Of a DNA stretch of 64,000 nucleotides, positions 13,523-26,939 are shown one piece after another. The notes beneath the pieces were generated by a model. It was given only the letters and a program-made list of their open reading frames with translations. It ran no database searches and was not told the origin of the DNA. The stretch is taken from contig NC_043002.1 of assembly GCF_006345805.1 (NCBI RefSeq), forward strand, positions 64,232,001 through 64,296,000, read 5' to 3'. Numbering within the stretch: the first letter of the stretch is position 1; every line of letters starts with the position of its first letter. This DNA comes from Octopus sinensis (Eukaryota). The position numbers were made by a program, and so were the translations under genes.

Positions 13523-15011
13523 AGATAAATAACTTGATTTGATTTTTTTTTTAAATGTCAGTCTTTGCTCTCTTTCTATTTTTATGTATGCGTGTATGTG
13601 TATTTAATATATCAAACCCAAACAGTTTTATTTGTTCATTTGCATCATCATCATCTTCATATCTGTGTCATTCTGTGAATTGACTTAGTATTAGATCTCC
13701 TCTGAAAATTGACAAACTTCCTGTGTACAAATTCGAAGCGATCTTAGTGTTGTCATGATTTCTCGTACTATAAGACATTCTAAAAAGAGCCTACAGAATA
13801 TCAAAGATATTGAGAAAGCGCTAAACTTGCCCTTCAATTTACATAAAACAGTGTCAGTTATATTTATCTCATAGAAAAAGAAATACGGTAACTGCAAAAG
13901 AATCGGCTCAAATCCCACCCTGTCGATCAATGATAGAGTAAGAATCTGTAGTGAAGCATTTCATTGTGCTATTTTCTCAATGAGGCTAGAATTGAATATC
14001 CAAAGATATAACTAATGAAATTATCCAACATACCAAAGAACTCGAAGCTGAAACTTAAAATCCTAGATCTCAACAATACCTACGTCTGTGTGCATGCGAG
14101 CGTGTGTGTGATTATATAGTTGTATATGTGTGTCTGTCGTACGCTTGTGAAGATGTAGTTGTTTTGAGAGCGGAAGGGATACGGAGCATAGTGAAGAAAA
14201 CGGATGCAGATTCTGAATGTTTTACACACATGCATTTGAATATATTTGGTATAGGTTTTACACATTAGACTATTGTGATAATTTCCGATATCACATATGA
14301 TATCAATAGAAGCTTGTCAACTACAAACAAAATATTCTTTCAGTCGAAAGTTATGGTGTCTGAAGCCATAGTAAAAAAATACGACGTAACACAATGGAAG
14401 CACTTCTTACTTGACATATCATAGCGATATATAAGTAAGATGAATTGAAGTGATGAAAGAAAATAATAAAACGCAATGTGCCTTTATGTGTATGTGTGTG
14501 TGTATGTGGGTATGTTTATGTGTATTTGTGTGTGTGTGTAGTTATCTGTGTCTATGTGCATTCACATAGGCACAGATTCCTGTATACTATGGGACCGGCA
14601 AGGAAAGATATTAGGAATGGAGGTATTTACAACATACACACACACGGTTATAAACATATGTGTATGTACACATATGTACATCTACACTTATACCTATCCA
14701 CGTACGCACACGTACGCACACATACAAAAATGAATAATATACATACACACAAACTCAGACGCACATATATGTATGTAGCTATGTATATATATATGTGTGT
14801 GTTTGTATGTGTGTGTATTTAAATATATATATAGATATATATTGGGAGAGAGAGACACACACATAGAGTGAAAATATATATAGAACACACGTAAATACAT
14901 ACATATATATAAATTTATTTGTATGTATATATGTACATATATTTATATATATATACATGTATATATATATGTATGTGTGTATATATATATATATATGTAT
15001 ATGTATATATA

Positions 15012-15094
<83 letters not shown>

Positions 15095-15118
15095 TATTCG
15101 AGACAATACATACATACA

Positions 15119-15150
<32 letters not shown>

Positions 15151-16000
15151 CATAGGACAGAGAACACAGAAACAGGAAGAGAACAATACATATTTTGTAT
15201 ATGGCGAAAAATATAGAAAGAAAAAAAATATCATCGGTACACTTACAAAACCCAAGCAATCAATAATAAAATATGTCATAACACAAGAAGCACTTCCGAT
15301 ATGAAGATATATGTGATATATAATGGCTGTCACGTTAAAAGGATCATAACTTTGAGCAATACTAAGAGCTACAGAAAAAAAAAATGAAGATATAAACTTA
15401 TAGATTTGTATATATTTAGATGTGCATACATATATGCATACAACAATGAAATTAGGAAAGAAAATACATGAAAATATATATATGTGTATGTGTGTGTCTG
15501 TGTGTGTTGAGCTCTGTAAGAATCTTCATATATGCATTATTATGTGCGTGTGTGTGTGTGTGTATTGTTAATATATTATTTCGTTTTTATTTCGTTCTCC
15601 GTTAAAGTCAACTTTTCAGCAACACCATATTGTTGACGACATCCATCTCCACTTGGAATTTAGAAATAATAAATTGGTGATTTGATACTAAATCCTTCAA
15701 TCTGTTTCTATGGCATTCGCTGCTTACCAATACATTTTTTTTGTTACTTTACGATTTTAGAACTAAGATCCTATTTCCTTCCAAATTTATATCATTCCAG
15801 CTTATTTCATTTTTGTGTATGTGCATTTGGTTCTTTTGTGGTTTTCTATCAGCCGTGTATTAAGTTAAGCAAAGCACGAATTTCTTTCGAATGCTGGTTG
15901 GTTAAAATGAAAGAAATTTTTTTATAACTCGGGATATATTTCTCCTCTATTGTTACAAAATGTGAATCACATCTGTAATATTTGTTTCTGTTGGCTACAG

Positions 16001-16016
16001 CTGCCTTCACCCGATG
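16001..16016 (+). CDS. Possible 16-nt micro-exon
   Basis: tttgtttctgttggctacAG|ctgccttcacccgatg|GTaaat; splice signals only, no partner exons identified. Confidence 0.15.
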
Positions 16017-17262
16017 GTAAATGTAGTTTTTTGATGGTTATCGCGTTCGTTAAGTAGCAGAAAAATATACTACTGCATTTCATTTCATTTTACTTGCTGT
16101 ATCTGCTGAAAGGGTAGAAAAACCATTGCCTTCGGAGGTTTCTTGAGTTTCGGCTACCTGGTTTCGTTAATATTACTGCTGTACCTACCACATAAAGGGA
16201 ATTCCTAAGGAAGGACGTTCTTGGCAGAAGGGACTTGTAGTAGTTATCTCAGGGGAAAACAGGTTTGATCAAATCAGAGGAATCGAGTGTGGCTGGATAG
16301 CCTGACCAGTGGCGACCGAAATTAGAGGTAAAAATATTATTGTTTTCGCGGGGAAGATGGAGAAAAGAACCAGCGCTTAAATAATGCAGTAACACTGAAT
16401 ATATTTTCAGGCCGACTCCAGCAATATATGTACTGTTGCTATGACAGAATTCGGAGTGCTTTAGTGAATATAACTTGCTCTATCGACTATTATTCTTGCT
16501 GATTTTATTACTATACTAAGCATTGTTAAATTTGCTAATAAATACTCACTTATTGTTAAATTTGCTAATAAATACTCACTTATTTATTCCAAATTTGCGT
16601 AAAAGTCGAAAGCTGCTTGCACATAATTTTTTATTCAACAAATATAAGAAATTTTTCATGATAGTTACTTTCGGATAATAATTTGAGAACATCTCTATGG
16701 ACGCTGCTAATCTTGTCACAAAATATATTAAATGAGCTTCTGTGGCAAGCTGAACGTTACGTCATGACATATGAAAGGATCAACTTTGGAAATGTCACGC
16801 CACATCATTTCTGGATAATTGGTTGAATCTTCTTTTATAGCTAATAATTTGATAGGCGAACGAAAATAAAAGCTGAAAATCCACGATTAAGAAAAGTATA
16901 TACAAAGAAGATAGAATTAAAATTCAGCAACACAAGTAGAGAATATGTATCTGTGTGTACATATATGCGTACCCGGACACACATACACACATACATACAT
17001 ATACACATACATACATACATACATACGTACATGCATATATATATATATATACATACATGAATATACATATATATATATACATATATATACATATATATAC
17101 ATACATTTACATACATATATATACATACATATGCATGTACATATATATATATATATACATGCATATGTATGTATATATATATGTATGTAAATGTATGTAT
17201 ATATATGTATAAATATGTATATATATATATGTATATTCATGTATGTATATATAATATATATA

Positions 17263-17311
<49 letters not shown>

Positions 17312-17483
17312 CATGTATGTATGTATGTATGTGTATATGTATGTATGTGTGTATGTGTGTCCGGGTACGCATATATGTACACACAGATATGTCTGCGCAG
17401 AGATTTGAAAAGTTAAGATCTGCTAGTAGTCGAGATCAACACATGGTCTCACATCGCTGCAGACCTCGATTCAATTTAGGCGA

Positions 17484-17557
17484 CTCGTTGATGAAGCCAG
17501 CCTTAGCAAACATATTCTGTGTTTTGCTAGAAAGAGGCAGAAACTGATCAGTCCGAG
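17484..17557 (+). ncRNA. Type I hammerhead ribozyme motif, C3U variant
   Basis: Stem I CTCG(17484-87)/CGAG(17554-57); core TTGATGA 17488-94; stem II gcc...ttagcaaa/tttgcta...ggc; GAAA 17540-43; palindromic stem III ACTGATCAGT; GTC site 17551-53. Confidence 0.6.
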
Positions 17558-17765
17558 GTGTAAAGTTATCGGTAAACGTTTTTGATTTTCACTCTCGATA
17601 AATTCATCCCCTTTTTGTGTTCCCAGCACTCGGCATCCTAATTTAGGAGCCCTTAATTGTATTACTACATGAATAATATTTTTCTACATGAATAATATTT
17701 TGTCGTATGACTAATTCGTCTTTTGTGCTGGGCACCTGGTAGTAACCAATATTACTACCCTTCTT

Positions 17766-17813
<48 letters not shown>

Positions 17814-17849
17814 TATATTATATATATATTATATATATATATATATATG

Positions 17850-18058
17850 CTGAGATGCAGCACGGATCTTTGGCTGTGGACAGGTCGTGGATTTTAGCGA
17901 CGAAAATATTTTGACAAATTAAACTTAAATGTTGAAGTGAATCGAACGGCTTTTGTGTGTTTCTTAAATGGCATACAAACACCTTCCACGCTGCAATCGT
18001 TTTCGTTCCAGCACCCGATCTCAGATCAAATCACTTGCTATGCGAGTACATCTCCGTA

Positions 18059-18062
<4 letters not shown>
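17850..18062 (+). mobile_element. Interspersed repeat flanked by (TA)n (unclassified, PLE-like)
   Basis: Homologous to 43750-43943, where its two parts are rearranged. Confidence 0.6.
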
Positions 18063-18117
<55 letters not shown>

Positions 18118-18479
18118 ATATATATATTATATTATATATATATATATCTGCATACATACATACATATATAAATATTGTGAGCTTGCTCTTCAAGGAGAAC
18201 TTTCATGAAGATTGTTTCGTTGTGTAAAATTTAAACGGCTATTTTGGTGAAAACCAAGCAGTAATGAAAATCATTGGGAAATGTATTCAACTATGATCTG
18301 AGCCCTCGGACACACAAACCAATTAACTCGGAACCAAGCGGTAAGAAAAATGTTCATGTTTAGACGTAACGTTACACCTTGAAACACTAAAATAAGAAGA
18401 TTCTAGTCTTGAATTTGTTACATTTCTCTTTATTGCTTGCAGGATGTAAAAATGTGTTAAATAAACTTTCAAGATGTTG

Positions 18480-19095
18480 AAATATGCTTTCCCAATATTC
18501 TTTTCTAGGAACACGGTCAGGAATTTGGGGGGGGGGGGGGCAGTCGATTACATCGAGATCAATACGCAACAAGTTCGTAATTTATTGACCCTGAAAGGAT
18601 GAAAAGCAAAGTCGACTTCGGTGGAATAGAACGTAAAGACAGACGAAATGCCACTAAGCATTTCGCCTAGCGTGCTAACGTTTCTTATTTCTTTATTGAT
18701 TACAAGAGGCTAAACATAAAGGGGACAAACAAGGACAGACAATGGGATTAAGCCGATTACATCTACCCCAGTGCGTAACTGGTACTTAATTTATCGACCC
18801 CGAAACGATGAAAGACAAAGTCGACCTCGGCGGAATTTGAACTCAGAACGAAACGGCAGACGAAATACCTATTTCTTTACCACCCAGAAAGGGCTAAACA
18901 CAGAGAGTACAAACAAGAACAGACAAAGGGATTAAATCGATTATATCGACCCCAGTGCGTAACTGGTACTTATTTAATCGACCCCGAAAAGGATGAAAGG
19001 CTAAGTCGACATCGGCGGAATTTGAACTCAGAACGTAAAGACAGACGACATAACGGTAAGCATTTCGCCCGGCGTGCTAAGGTTTCTGCTAGCAG
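18480..19095 (-). mobile_element. Nested cluster of 3 SINE family A copies
   Basis: Family A consensus repeated, with tail-2 junctions at about 18685 and 18869. Confidence 0.9.
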
Positions 19096-19697
19096 GCCCC
19101 CATCGCTTTCCTAATATTAATTAATTCACGAAAGAAAAACACAAATATCATTAATATACTATCAAAGTTTGCGATGGAAATGCCCCGCTTCCGGATATTT
19201 TCATGCTTAATAATAATATATAATGGCTCCGCGTGATAATATCTAATACGCACATAGTTGTCATGTAGAACGGGGTTTCAGTTTTCGAAATATGCATGAC
19301 CGCATAATGTGAGAAAGTTTCTAGAATTAGTTTTTATCTTTTTTTTTTTTCTTTTTAAGGATATCGTTCTTTATTTCATAAAATTTAAATCAAACTCTCA
19401 ATGAAGCAGTTTATTGCAAACATTACTCTCATTTTGTAATTTGGTATTAATACATTGTTTTCTGTACAGAAATATCTTGATATAAGTTCAATTTTGTCAG
19501 ACGCAAGAAAATCGTCTGGTAATAATACGAAAAGGGATGATAAATGCCTTGTCGGATTTTAAAGATTTCCTCCTAGAAGAAAGAAAAATTTAATGTTTGC
19601 GAGAGATTAGATTAAAGGAAACAGAGTCTACCAGTTGTCATGGAACAGAAATTACTGCGATATCTTTATGAGAATGTATATATATATACATATATAT

Positions 19698-20541
19698 ATA
19701 TGGTTATCCGTAATAATGAAGGGTGAAATTAATTAATTTGGAAAAATTATCAATTACACCAAGTAGTCTTCGGCATGTAAAAGCCTCATTCGAGGAAAAT
19801 TTAAGTAATACTAAGCAATAAGGGTTTAGCACGAGTTGCCTTACCACATACCGAATTAGAAATAGCAGTCAAAGGGTTATAGCTATTTCTTCTACTAAAA
19901 AGGGAGATCTCAGTAAAAACAGCATTTGGAAGGCAGACACAAACAGGTAAGAGAGAATGAATTAACTGCAATCTATCATACATTTTTTTAGTTATCCACG
20001 GACGTACGTTTCGAAATCAAGTTTTAAGGAAAGCATAAGAATTAGATATTAAATATTAAATAATAAATAATTCTATCTTACCGAAACTTCTTTTCTCTTC
20101 AGCGTAGAATACTATAATCATAAATGATTATATATTGAATTTTGAGATACCAGAAGGCACCAACTCCACTCAGTATCAGAGCGAGCTAGAATCCGCAACT
20201 GGTATCACCGAATTCAATTTGTGAATGAAACGATTGTGTCAACAGCCCCTTCCCACCCGCGTGTAGCCAAAACAAGATGCTGTGGTCATCTACTGAGATA
20301 AAATATGGTTATCCGTAATAATGAAGGGTGAAATTAATTAATTTGGAAAAATTAATCTCAGTAGATGACCACAGCATCTTGTTTTGGCTACACGCGGGTG
20401 GGAAGGGGCTGTTGACACAATCGTTTCATTCACAAATTGAATTCGGTGATACCAGTTGCGGATTCTAGCTCGCTCTGATACTGAGTGGAGTTGGTGCCTT
20501 CTGGTATCTCAAAATTCAATATATAATCATTTATGATTATA
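19698..20541 (-). mobile_element. PLE-like pseudo-LTR element: 605-bp unit with a 52-bp terminal direct repeat and a 187-bp inverted duplication
   Basis: 19698-19749 equals 20303-20354; arms 20113-20299 and 20355-20541 are reverse complements; starts in a (TA)n tract; carries a hammerhead. Confidence 0.8.
19989..20114 (-). ncRNA. Type I hammerhead ribozyme with an extended stem II
   Basis: Minus strand: TCTACG-CTGAAGA(20102-20096)-GAAA ag AAGTTT...AAACTT ga TTTC-GAAA(20012-20009)-C-GTAC-GTC(20003-20001)-CGTGGA. 6-bp stem I, G10.1-C11.1 closing pair, palindromic loop III. Confidence 0.8.
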
Positions 20542-20544
20542 TAT

Positions 20545-20770
20545 TGATTAGCAACATGTTGCTTCACATACAGAAATTTAGAAATAGCAGCCAAAAGACC
20601 GTTATTTCTTTTCACTACAAAATATGACTCCAGAGATAACAATAGTTGTAACTCACATAAGCAAAAAGAAGAAAAATAATGAAATCAAACAGTCTTCGAT
20701 TAATTATGGATGCGTTTCTGGACTAGAATTACAAAAATTAAATTCCATTGTCAACATAATATATGTTATA
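20545..20770 (-). mobile_element. Second PLE-like pLTR remnant with a decayed hammerhead (20703-20760)
   Basis: Shares tagaaatagcagcc with the neighbouring pLTR. Minus strand: ATTATG-TTGACAA-TGGA...TCCA-GAAAC-GC-ATC-CATAAT; stems kept, core mutated. Confidence 0.5.
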
Positions 20771-20790
20771 AAGCCAGTTGTGTATGTATG

Positions 20791-21105
<315 letters not shown>

Positions 21106-21479
21106 CAGAATATATATATACATATATATATATATAAAGTCACTTATACACTTATACATATAACATGTCATGACATGTTCGACTAAGCTATCGGGTGCTG
21201 TTACACATCACTGATCACAATGGGCTTTGCATATATTAGTTATTAATGATGCCATCACACTGGCGTGCTTACATTTCTTTGAAAAGAGAAAAGATAGAAG
21301 AGAGAAATAGAAGACGTCCGCTCCTTAGAACGTCATCGAGGAAAATAAAGATGTTCGCGTTAAACATATACAACTGATTGTTAAAGAAAAATATATGTAT
21401 AGAGGTATATAAACAACAAGCAGGGGTATTATTTGACGCACATATGTATATATTTAACATGTTTCTCCGAGCGTACACT

Positions 21480-21700
21480 ATTTTTCTCTCGTTCTGGTCT
21501 AATGTCTCTCCATCTTTGTTTTCGTTGGTTTTCTTTGCATGTATTCACTCTCATGTTTTCGTTTCCAACTTTGACCCTCCATAAATCCTCAATATTATTT
21601 TAGAACTAATGGGAACAACTGTCTTTCAAGACTCATGTTGTCATTCAATGCTCGAAATGAGTAGATAGACAACTGAAAAAAGGTGAAGGGTCCTTTTTAT
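21480..21700 (+). mobile_element. Interspersed repeat (PLE-like pLTR family), copy 1
   Basis: tctggtctaa...ttttcgttgg...tttgaccctccataaatcc...caactgtc is shared with 23430-23650 and, reversed, 25750-26010. Confidence 0.6.
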
Positions 21701-22416
21701 ATGTCCACTTGTCCTGTTTTCCGTTTATTTTACGAAATTCATGATATTTACACACCGCTTATATATATATATTTCATGATATATGTATTTCAACTTATTT
21801 GCACCGTTTATATACATGCATAGTATATATTATATATTATTCAATATTTAATTGAACGCGACGCGTCCATTTCCAAGGAAGTATATATATATATATACAT
21901 ACAGAGAGAGAAATATAGATAGATAGATATATAAATATATAGATAGATACATAGATAGATACATAGAGATAGATAGATAGATAGAGAGAGAGAGATAGAT
22001 AGTTAGATAGATAGATATATAGATATATAGATAGATAGATATATGTATATATGTATGTATATGTCTTTGCATTCAATATAATATTTCAATATCATCGATC
22101 ATAAGTTGGTTTCCATACGTCAGTATGTGAGCCCACGTGTGTATCTTTTACTACTTTGGGTTTTGGATAAGCGGAGTACAGAAGTGAGGAAAATATGAGG
22201 AAGACATACCAAAAGAGAATGTTATAAACTGCAATTGTAACATATTGAGGGAGGGGCAATGTTGTACATGTATTTTTTTTTGCTTACTTACGTAATAAGC
22301 ATATGTAATGCTCAAGTGTATATCTCGAAGCGTCTTACTCTCCTGTCATGTTTTGCAGACAACATATCAATCATAATGCATATTCCAGAAGAGAAAAGCG
22401 TGCCTTTGTATATGTA

Positions 22417-22448
<32 letters not shown>

Positions 22449-22477
22449 ATATATATATAAATATATATATATTATAT

Positions 22478-22520
<43 letters not shown>

Positions 22521-22563
22521 CATACATACACAGACACACACACACACACACACACACACACCA

Positions 22564-22633
<70 letters not shown>

Positions 22634-23124
22634 CATACACAGTGATATATATAAATAAGTATACGACACTTTTGCGTGAATGTGTGCGTTAGCATGCTTT
22701 TATGAATCTACCAATGTGTACGTATTTTTGAAACCATGTAAAGAGATATATGAAAAATACCTTATATTATATACATTTGTAAATATAATCATAAAACTAG
22801 AGATTGAGATAGGAGAGGAGGAAAGGGACTAAATTTATATGCAACAATTCCCGAGGGTCTGGGAGTGTTTCTCTTTGTTTTCTACACCACCTGTCTTCGT
22901 CATTTGTTTTTTTGTGAATTCTCTCTCTCTCTCTCTCTTCCTATATATATATATATATATATATTGATAGATACATCCATCCATATATACATAAATAGAT
23001 AGATAGATATATACATATATATGTATATATATATACATACATACATACATACATACATACATACATACATACATACATAGACATAGAAACCTACATACAT
23101 AAATACATATATAAACGCCTTACA

Positions 23125-23162
<38 letters not shown>

Positions 23163-23429
23163 AATATACATATATTTTTATATCATTATCATTACTTAAT
23201 TGAACACCACGCAGCCATTCCCAAGTAAGTTTATCTTGACCTTTTTGATGCAATTCTAATTTATATTGTGTTCTATCTGTCCCTTTCTCTCTCTCCTCTT
23301 TCTCTTCTTCTCTCTCTCGTTGCTCACACGTGAACATTGTCCATCATACTTTTCCTCACGCGAGCATCTTTCTTTTCCTGCATAACGTTCTATTTCTGCC
23401 TTCTATCTCTTCTTGTTTCAAAGAAAATA

Positions 23430-23650
23430 TTCTTCCCGGTGTTCAGTGTTTTCCTCTTAGTCTGGTCTAACGACTCTCCATGTCTGTTTTCGTTGGATTT
23501 CCTTGTATGTTATCACTGTCCTGTTTTGACCCTCCATAAATCCAAAGTTTCATTTTGGAATATATGGGAGCAACTGTCCTCAAATTCTCATATTATTGCT
23601 GTTCGAAACGATGGGTAAATAGGCAGCCGACAACTGATAAAGGGTGGTTC
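23430..23650 (+). mobile_element. Interspersed repeat (PLE-like pLTR family), copy 2
   Basis: Homologous to 21480-21700. Confidence 0.6.
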
Positions 23651-23777
23651 TTTGTGTTACTTTTCCTGTTTTCCATTTTTTCTTCTCGTTGTTTGGGTAT
23701 TTAACTCATTTGTTTTCATACTAAATATTGTTTACACAGTTGGTGACATTCTGTACCCATAAATGCATATATACACT

Positions 23778-23860
<83 letters not shown>

Positions 23861-23948
23861 TTATATTTTTATTTTTATGATATATACACACATATATTTC
23901 TATATTATTATGATATATAATATATATATATATTATATATATATATAT

Positions 23949-24015
<67 letters not shown>

Positions 24016-24089
24016 CATATATATATATATAATATATATATATATATATACATACATATTTATATATATAATATTATATATATATATAT

Positions 24090-24137
<48 letters not shown>

Positions 24138-24189
24138 TTTTGGAAATTCCTTGATACAGTTAAGATATTTTTGGTAGAGGTTCTTTCCT

Positions 24190-25321
24190 CAATCTTTACT
24201 CTTAATTTATCGACCCGAAAGGATGAAAGGCGAAGTCGACCTCTGAAAAATTTGAACTCAGAGCGTAAAGACAGACGAAATACCTATTTCCTTACTACCC
24301 ACAAGTGGCTAAACACAGAGCGGACAAACAAGGACAGACAAACGGATTAAGTTGATTACATCGACCCCAATGTGTAACTGGTACTTATTTAATCGACCCC
24401 GAAGGGATGAAAGGCAAAGTCGATCTCGGCGGAATTTGAACTCAGAGCGTAACGACCGCAGATGAAATACCGCTACGCATTTCGCCCGGCTTGCTAACGT
24501 TTCTGCCAGCTTGCAGTCTACAACAACCATTATTAAAAGAGGAAAGATGCATGGTCATTCCTTACACAAGTTACCTTGTCTCATCGTCCATCACTTGTTA
24601 TACTTTTATAAGTTCGTTTGATAGTTGAGCTCTGATTGGCTGTATGCAAATGACTTCATAACTGGTGTCCAAAACTCTCGTGGGAAAAAAATCGGTACCC
24701 GGCATGCAAACAATTCTGCCAGTTCGCCGCTCTTAATACCATACTAATAATCCTTTCTACTAAAAACACAAGGCCTGAAAATTCTGAGGAAGGATATTAC
24801 ATCGACCCCAGTATTTGACCGTATCTTAATTTATCGAGACAAAAGTGAGACAAAATCGACATCGGCGGAATTTGAACTAAGAACTTAATGACGGTTGATA
24901 TACCTATTTCATTATTACCCACAAGGGGCTAAACACAGAGGGGACAAACAAGGACAGACATAGGTATTAAGTCGATTACACCGACCCCAGTGCGTAACTG
25001 GTACTTAATTTATCGACCCCGAAAGGATGAAAGGCAAAGTCGACCTCGGCGGAATTTGAACTCAGAACGTAACGACAGACGAAATACCTATTTCTTTATT
25101 ACCCACAAGGGGCTAAACACAGAGGGGACAAACAAGGACAGACATAGGTATTAAGTCGATTACACCGACCCCAGTGCGTAACTGGTACTTAATTTATCGA
25201 CCCCGAAAGGATGAAAGGCAAAGTCGACCTCGGCGTAATTTGAACTCACAACGTAACGCAGACGTAATACCGCTTAGCCTTTCCCCCAGCGCACAAATAA
25301 TTCTGCTAGCTCGCTGCCTTT

Positions 25322-25355
<34 letters not shown>

Positions 25356-25560
25356 CCTCTAGGACAGCATTTTTTGTGGGAGGGGATGAGTGGATTACAT
25401 CGAACCGATTGTTCAACTGGTACTTATTTTATCGACGCAGCATCATGATGAAATACAAAGTCTACCTTGGCAGAATTTGAACTCAGATCGTAGCGGCCAG
25501 CGAAATTCCGCTAAGCATTTCGTCCAGCGTGCTAACGTTTCTGCCAGTTCACCGCCTTTT
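24190..25560 (-). mobile_element. Cluster of about 7 SINE family A copies, including two near-identical ~184-bp tandem units
   Basis: Units 24905-25088 and 25089-~25265; tail-2 junctions at 24284, 24904 and 25088. Confidence 0.92.
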
Positions 25561-25749
25561 TAATGATAAGAATAATAATTGTATTTTCCTGATTTTTTTT
25601 TCTCCCTTTTGTGGCGCAAGTACAAACACGTGATATTCTATTGTATAACTTTCTATTGCTATGGGGTTTCGCTTGTGATTTTAACACATAACTAAACACA
25701 TAATAAATAAACATATGTGTATGTATACATGCAATTATGGGTAAAGGAT

Positions 25750-26010
25750 GTCAACAACAGTGCAAATAACACGAAATACGAAAACAACGAGAATGAAAAT
25801 GGAAAACACAGTCAAAGGACCCTTCAGCAGGCGTCGACTGTCTACTTAATCCTCATTTCGACGATTCAACGACTTAATATTGGTGCTCAATGAGAGTTGC
25901 TTCCATAAATTCTAAAACAAAATTTAGGATTTATAGAGGGTCAAAGTTAGGAAAAAGCATGACAGTGGTGACATATACAGGGAAACCAAACGAAAACAAG
26001 CACATCCCGT
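25750..26010 (-). mobile_element. Interspersed repeat (PLE-like pLTR family), copy 3
   Basis: Reverse-complement homolog of 21480-21700 and 23430-23650. Confidence 0.55.
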
Positions 26011-26159
26011 ATATGTGCTGCCCAGAGGACATGTCCCATGGGCAAACATATACAAGAGGCAAGTCCGATAAGCTGGCATCTACATATGTCCGATATGTGC
26101 ATCTACATTTAAGTATTTACATCACGGAAAGAAATTTACAAATAGATGGCAGCGTTTCA

Positions 26160-26525
26160 ACTATATATATATATATAACTGAGAATGTGTGTCTGTCTGT
26201 CTGTTTGTATTACGGGTTGTACTGGGTAAATTGCGAAAATAACTCAGACAGTAAGATCAGACAGTGAGAAATAAGCATACTCAATTTCATTTTTACCAAA
26301 TAATTTAGGAAAATGAATTGGTTATTTCCGTTCGCTATATATATATAATGTTCCCTTCCAGGGGCCCTATTATCGACCTTTTCAACAATTTCAGTATGCC
26401 ATGAGGTTTCCAGACATGAATTGTATTCACGTGTCAAGTTTTATCAAAGTCGATGAAATAATTTCGGAGGAGTTAGCTAACAACACCACAAACATATACA
26501 GAATTTCCAACATATGTAGAATATA
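26160..26525. mobile_element. Helitron-like remnant(s)
   Basis: 26395-26520 is a reverse homolog of the 5' end of the 7092 Helitron; 26160 begins tatataactgagaatgtgtgtctgtctgtc, typical of such 5' ends. Confidence 0.45.
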
Positions 26526-26939
26526 TATATATATATATACGTGTGTGTGTGTGTGTGTGTGTGTATAAACACATATATATAGACACACACACAAAACATC
26601 AACCAACACGCACTGAGTGGTGCGAATGGTAATTCTAAAATTTATTATCTCACAGTCACGATGTAGTATAATTTTACGAATACAATTTAAATGTCGTCGG
26701 AGAAAGATCATATTTTGCACATACACTGATGTATTCTTATACTGTTACGCACATATCGCATCGTGCTAGTACATACACATTTAGAATTATATATTCGTAA
26801 GTGTAAATGTGTGTATGTATGTGTTTGTGTGTAGGTTTGTCTTTCTTTCTTTCTGAGTGTTCGTATATAACTATTTGCAAATATATTTAACGAGTAGACG
26901 AGCATACCGATCAATAGTTTTTGAAGAATAAATTCATTC

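Noticed and set aside
24905-25265. Regularly repeated ~184-bp units resembling a CRISPR or tandem RNA-gene array
   Set aside because: There are no unique spacers; each unit is a SINE family A monomer in eukaryotic DNA.
21600-25900. Hammerhead in the 21480/23430/25750 repeat family
   Set aside because: Stem I-like actgtc/gacagt and GAAA are visible, but the CUGANGA core is not recognisable in any copy; this needs a family consensus.
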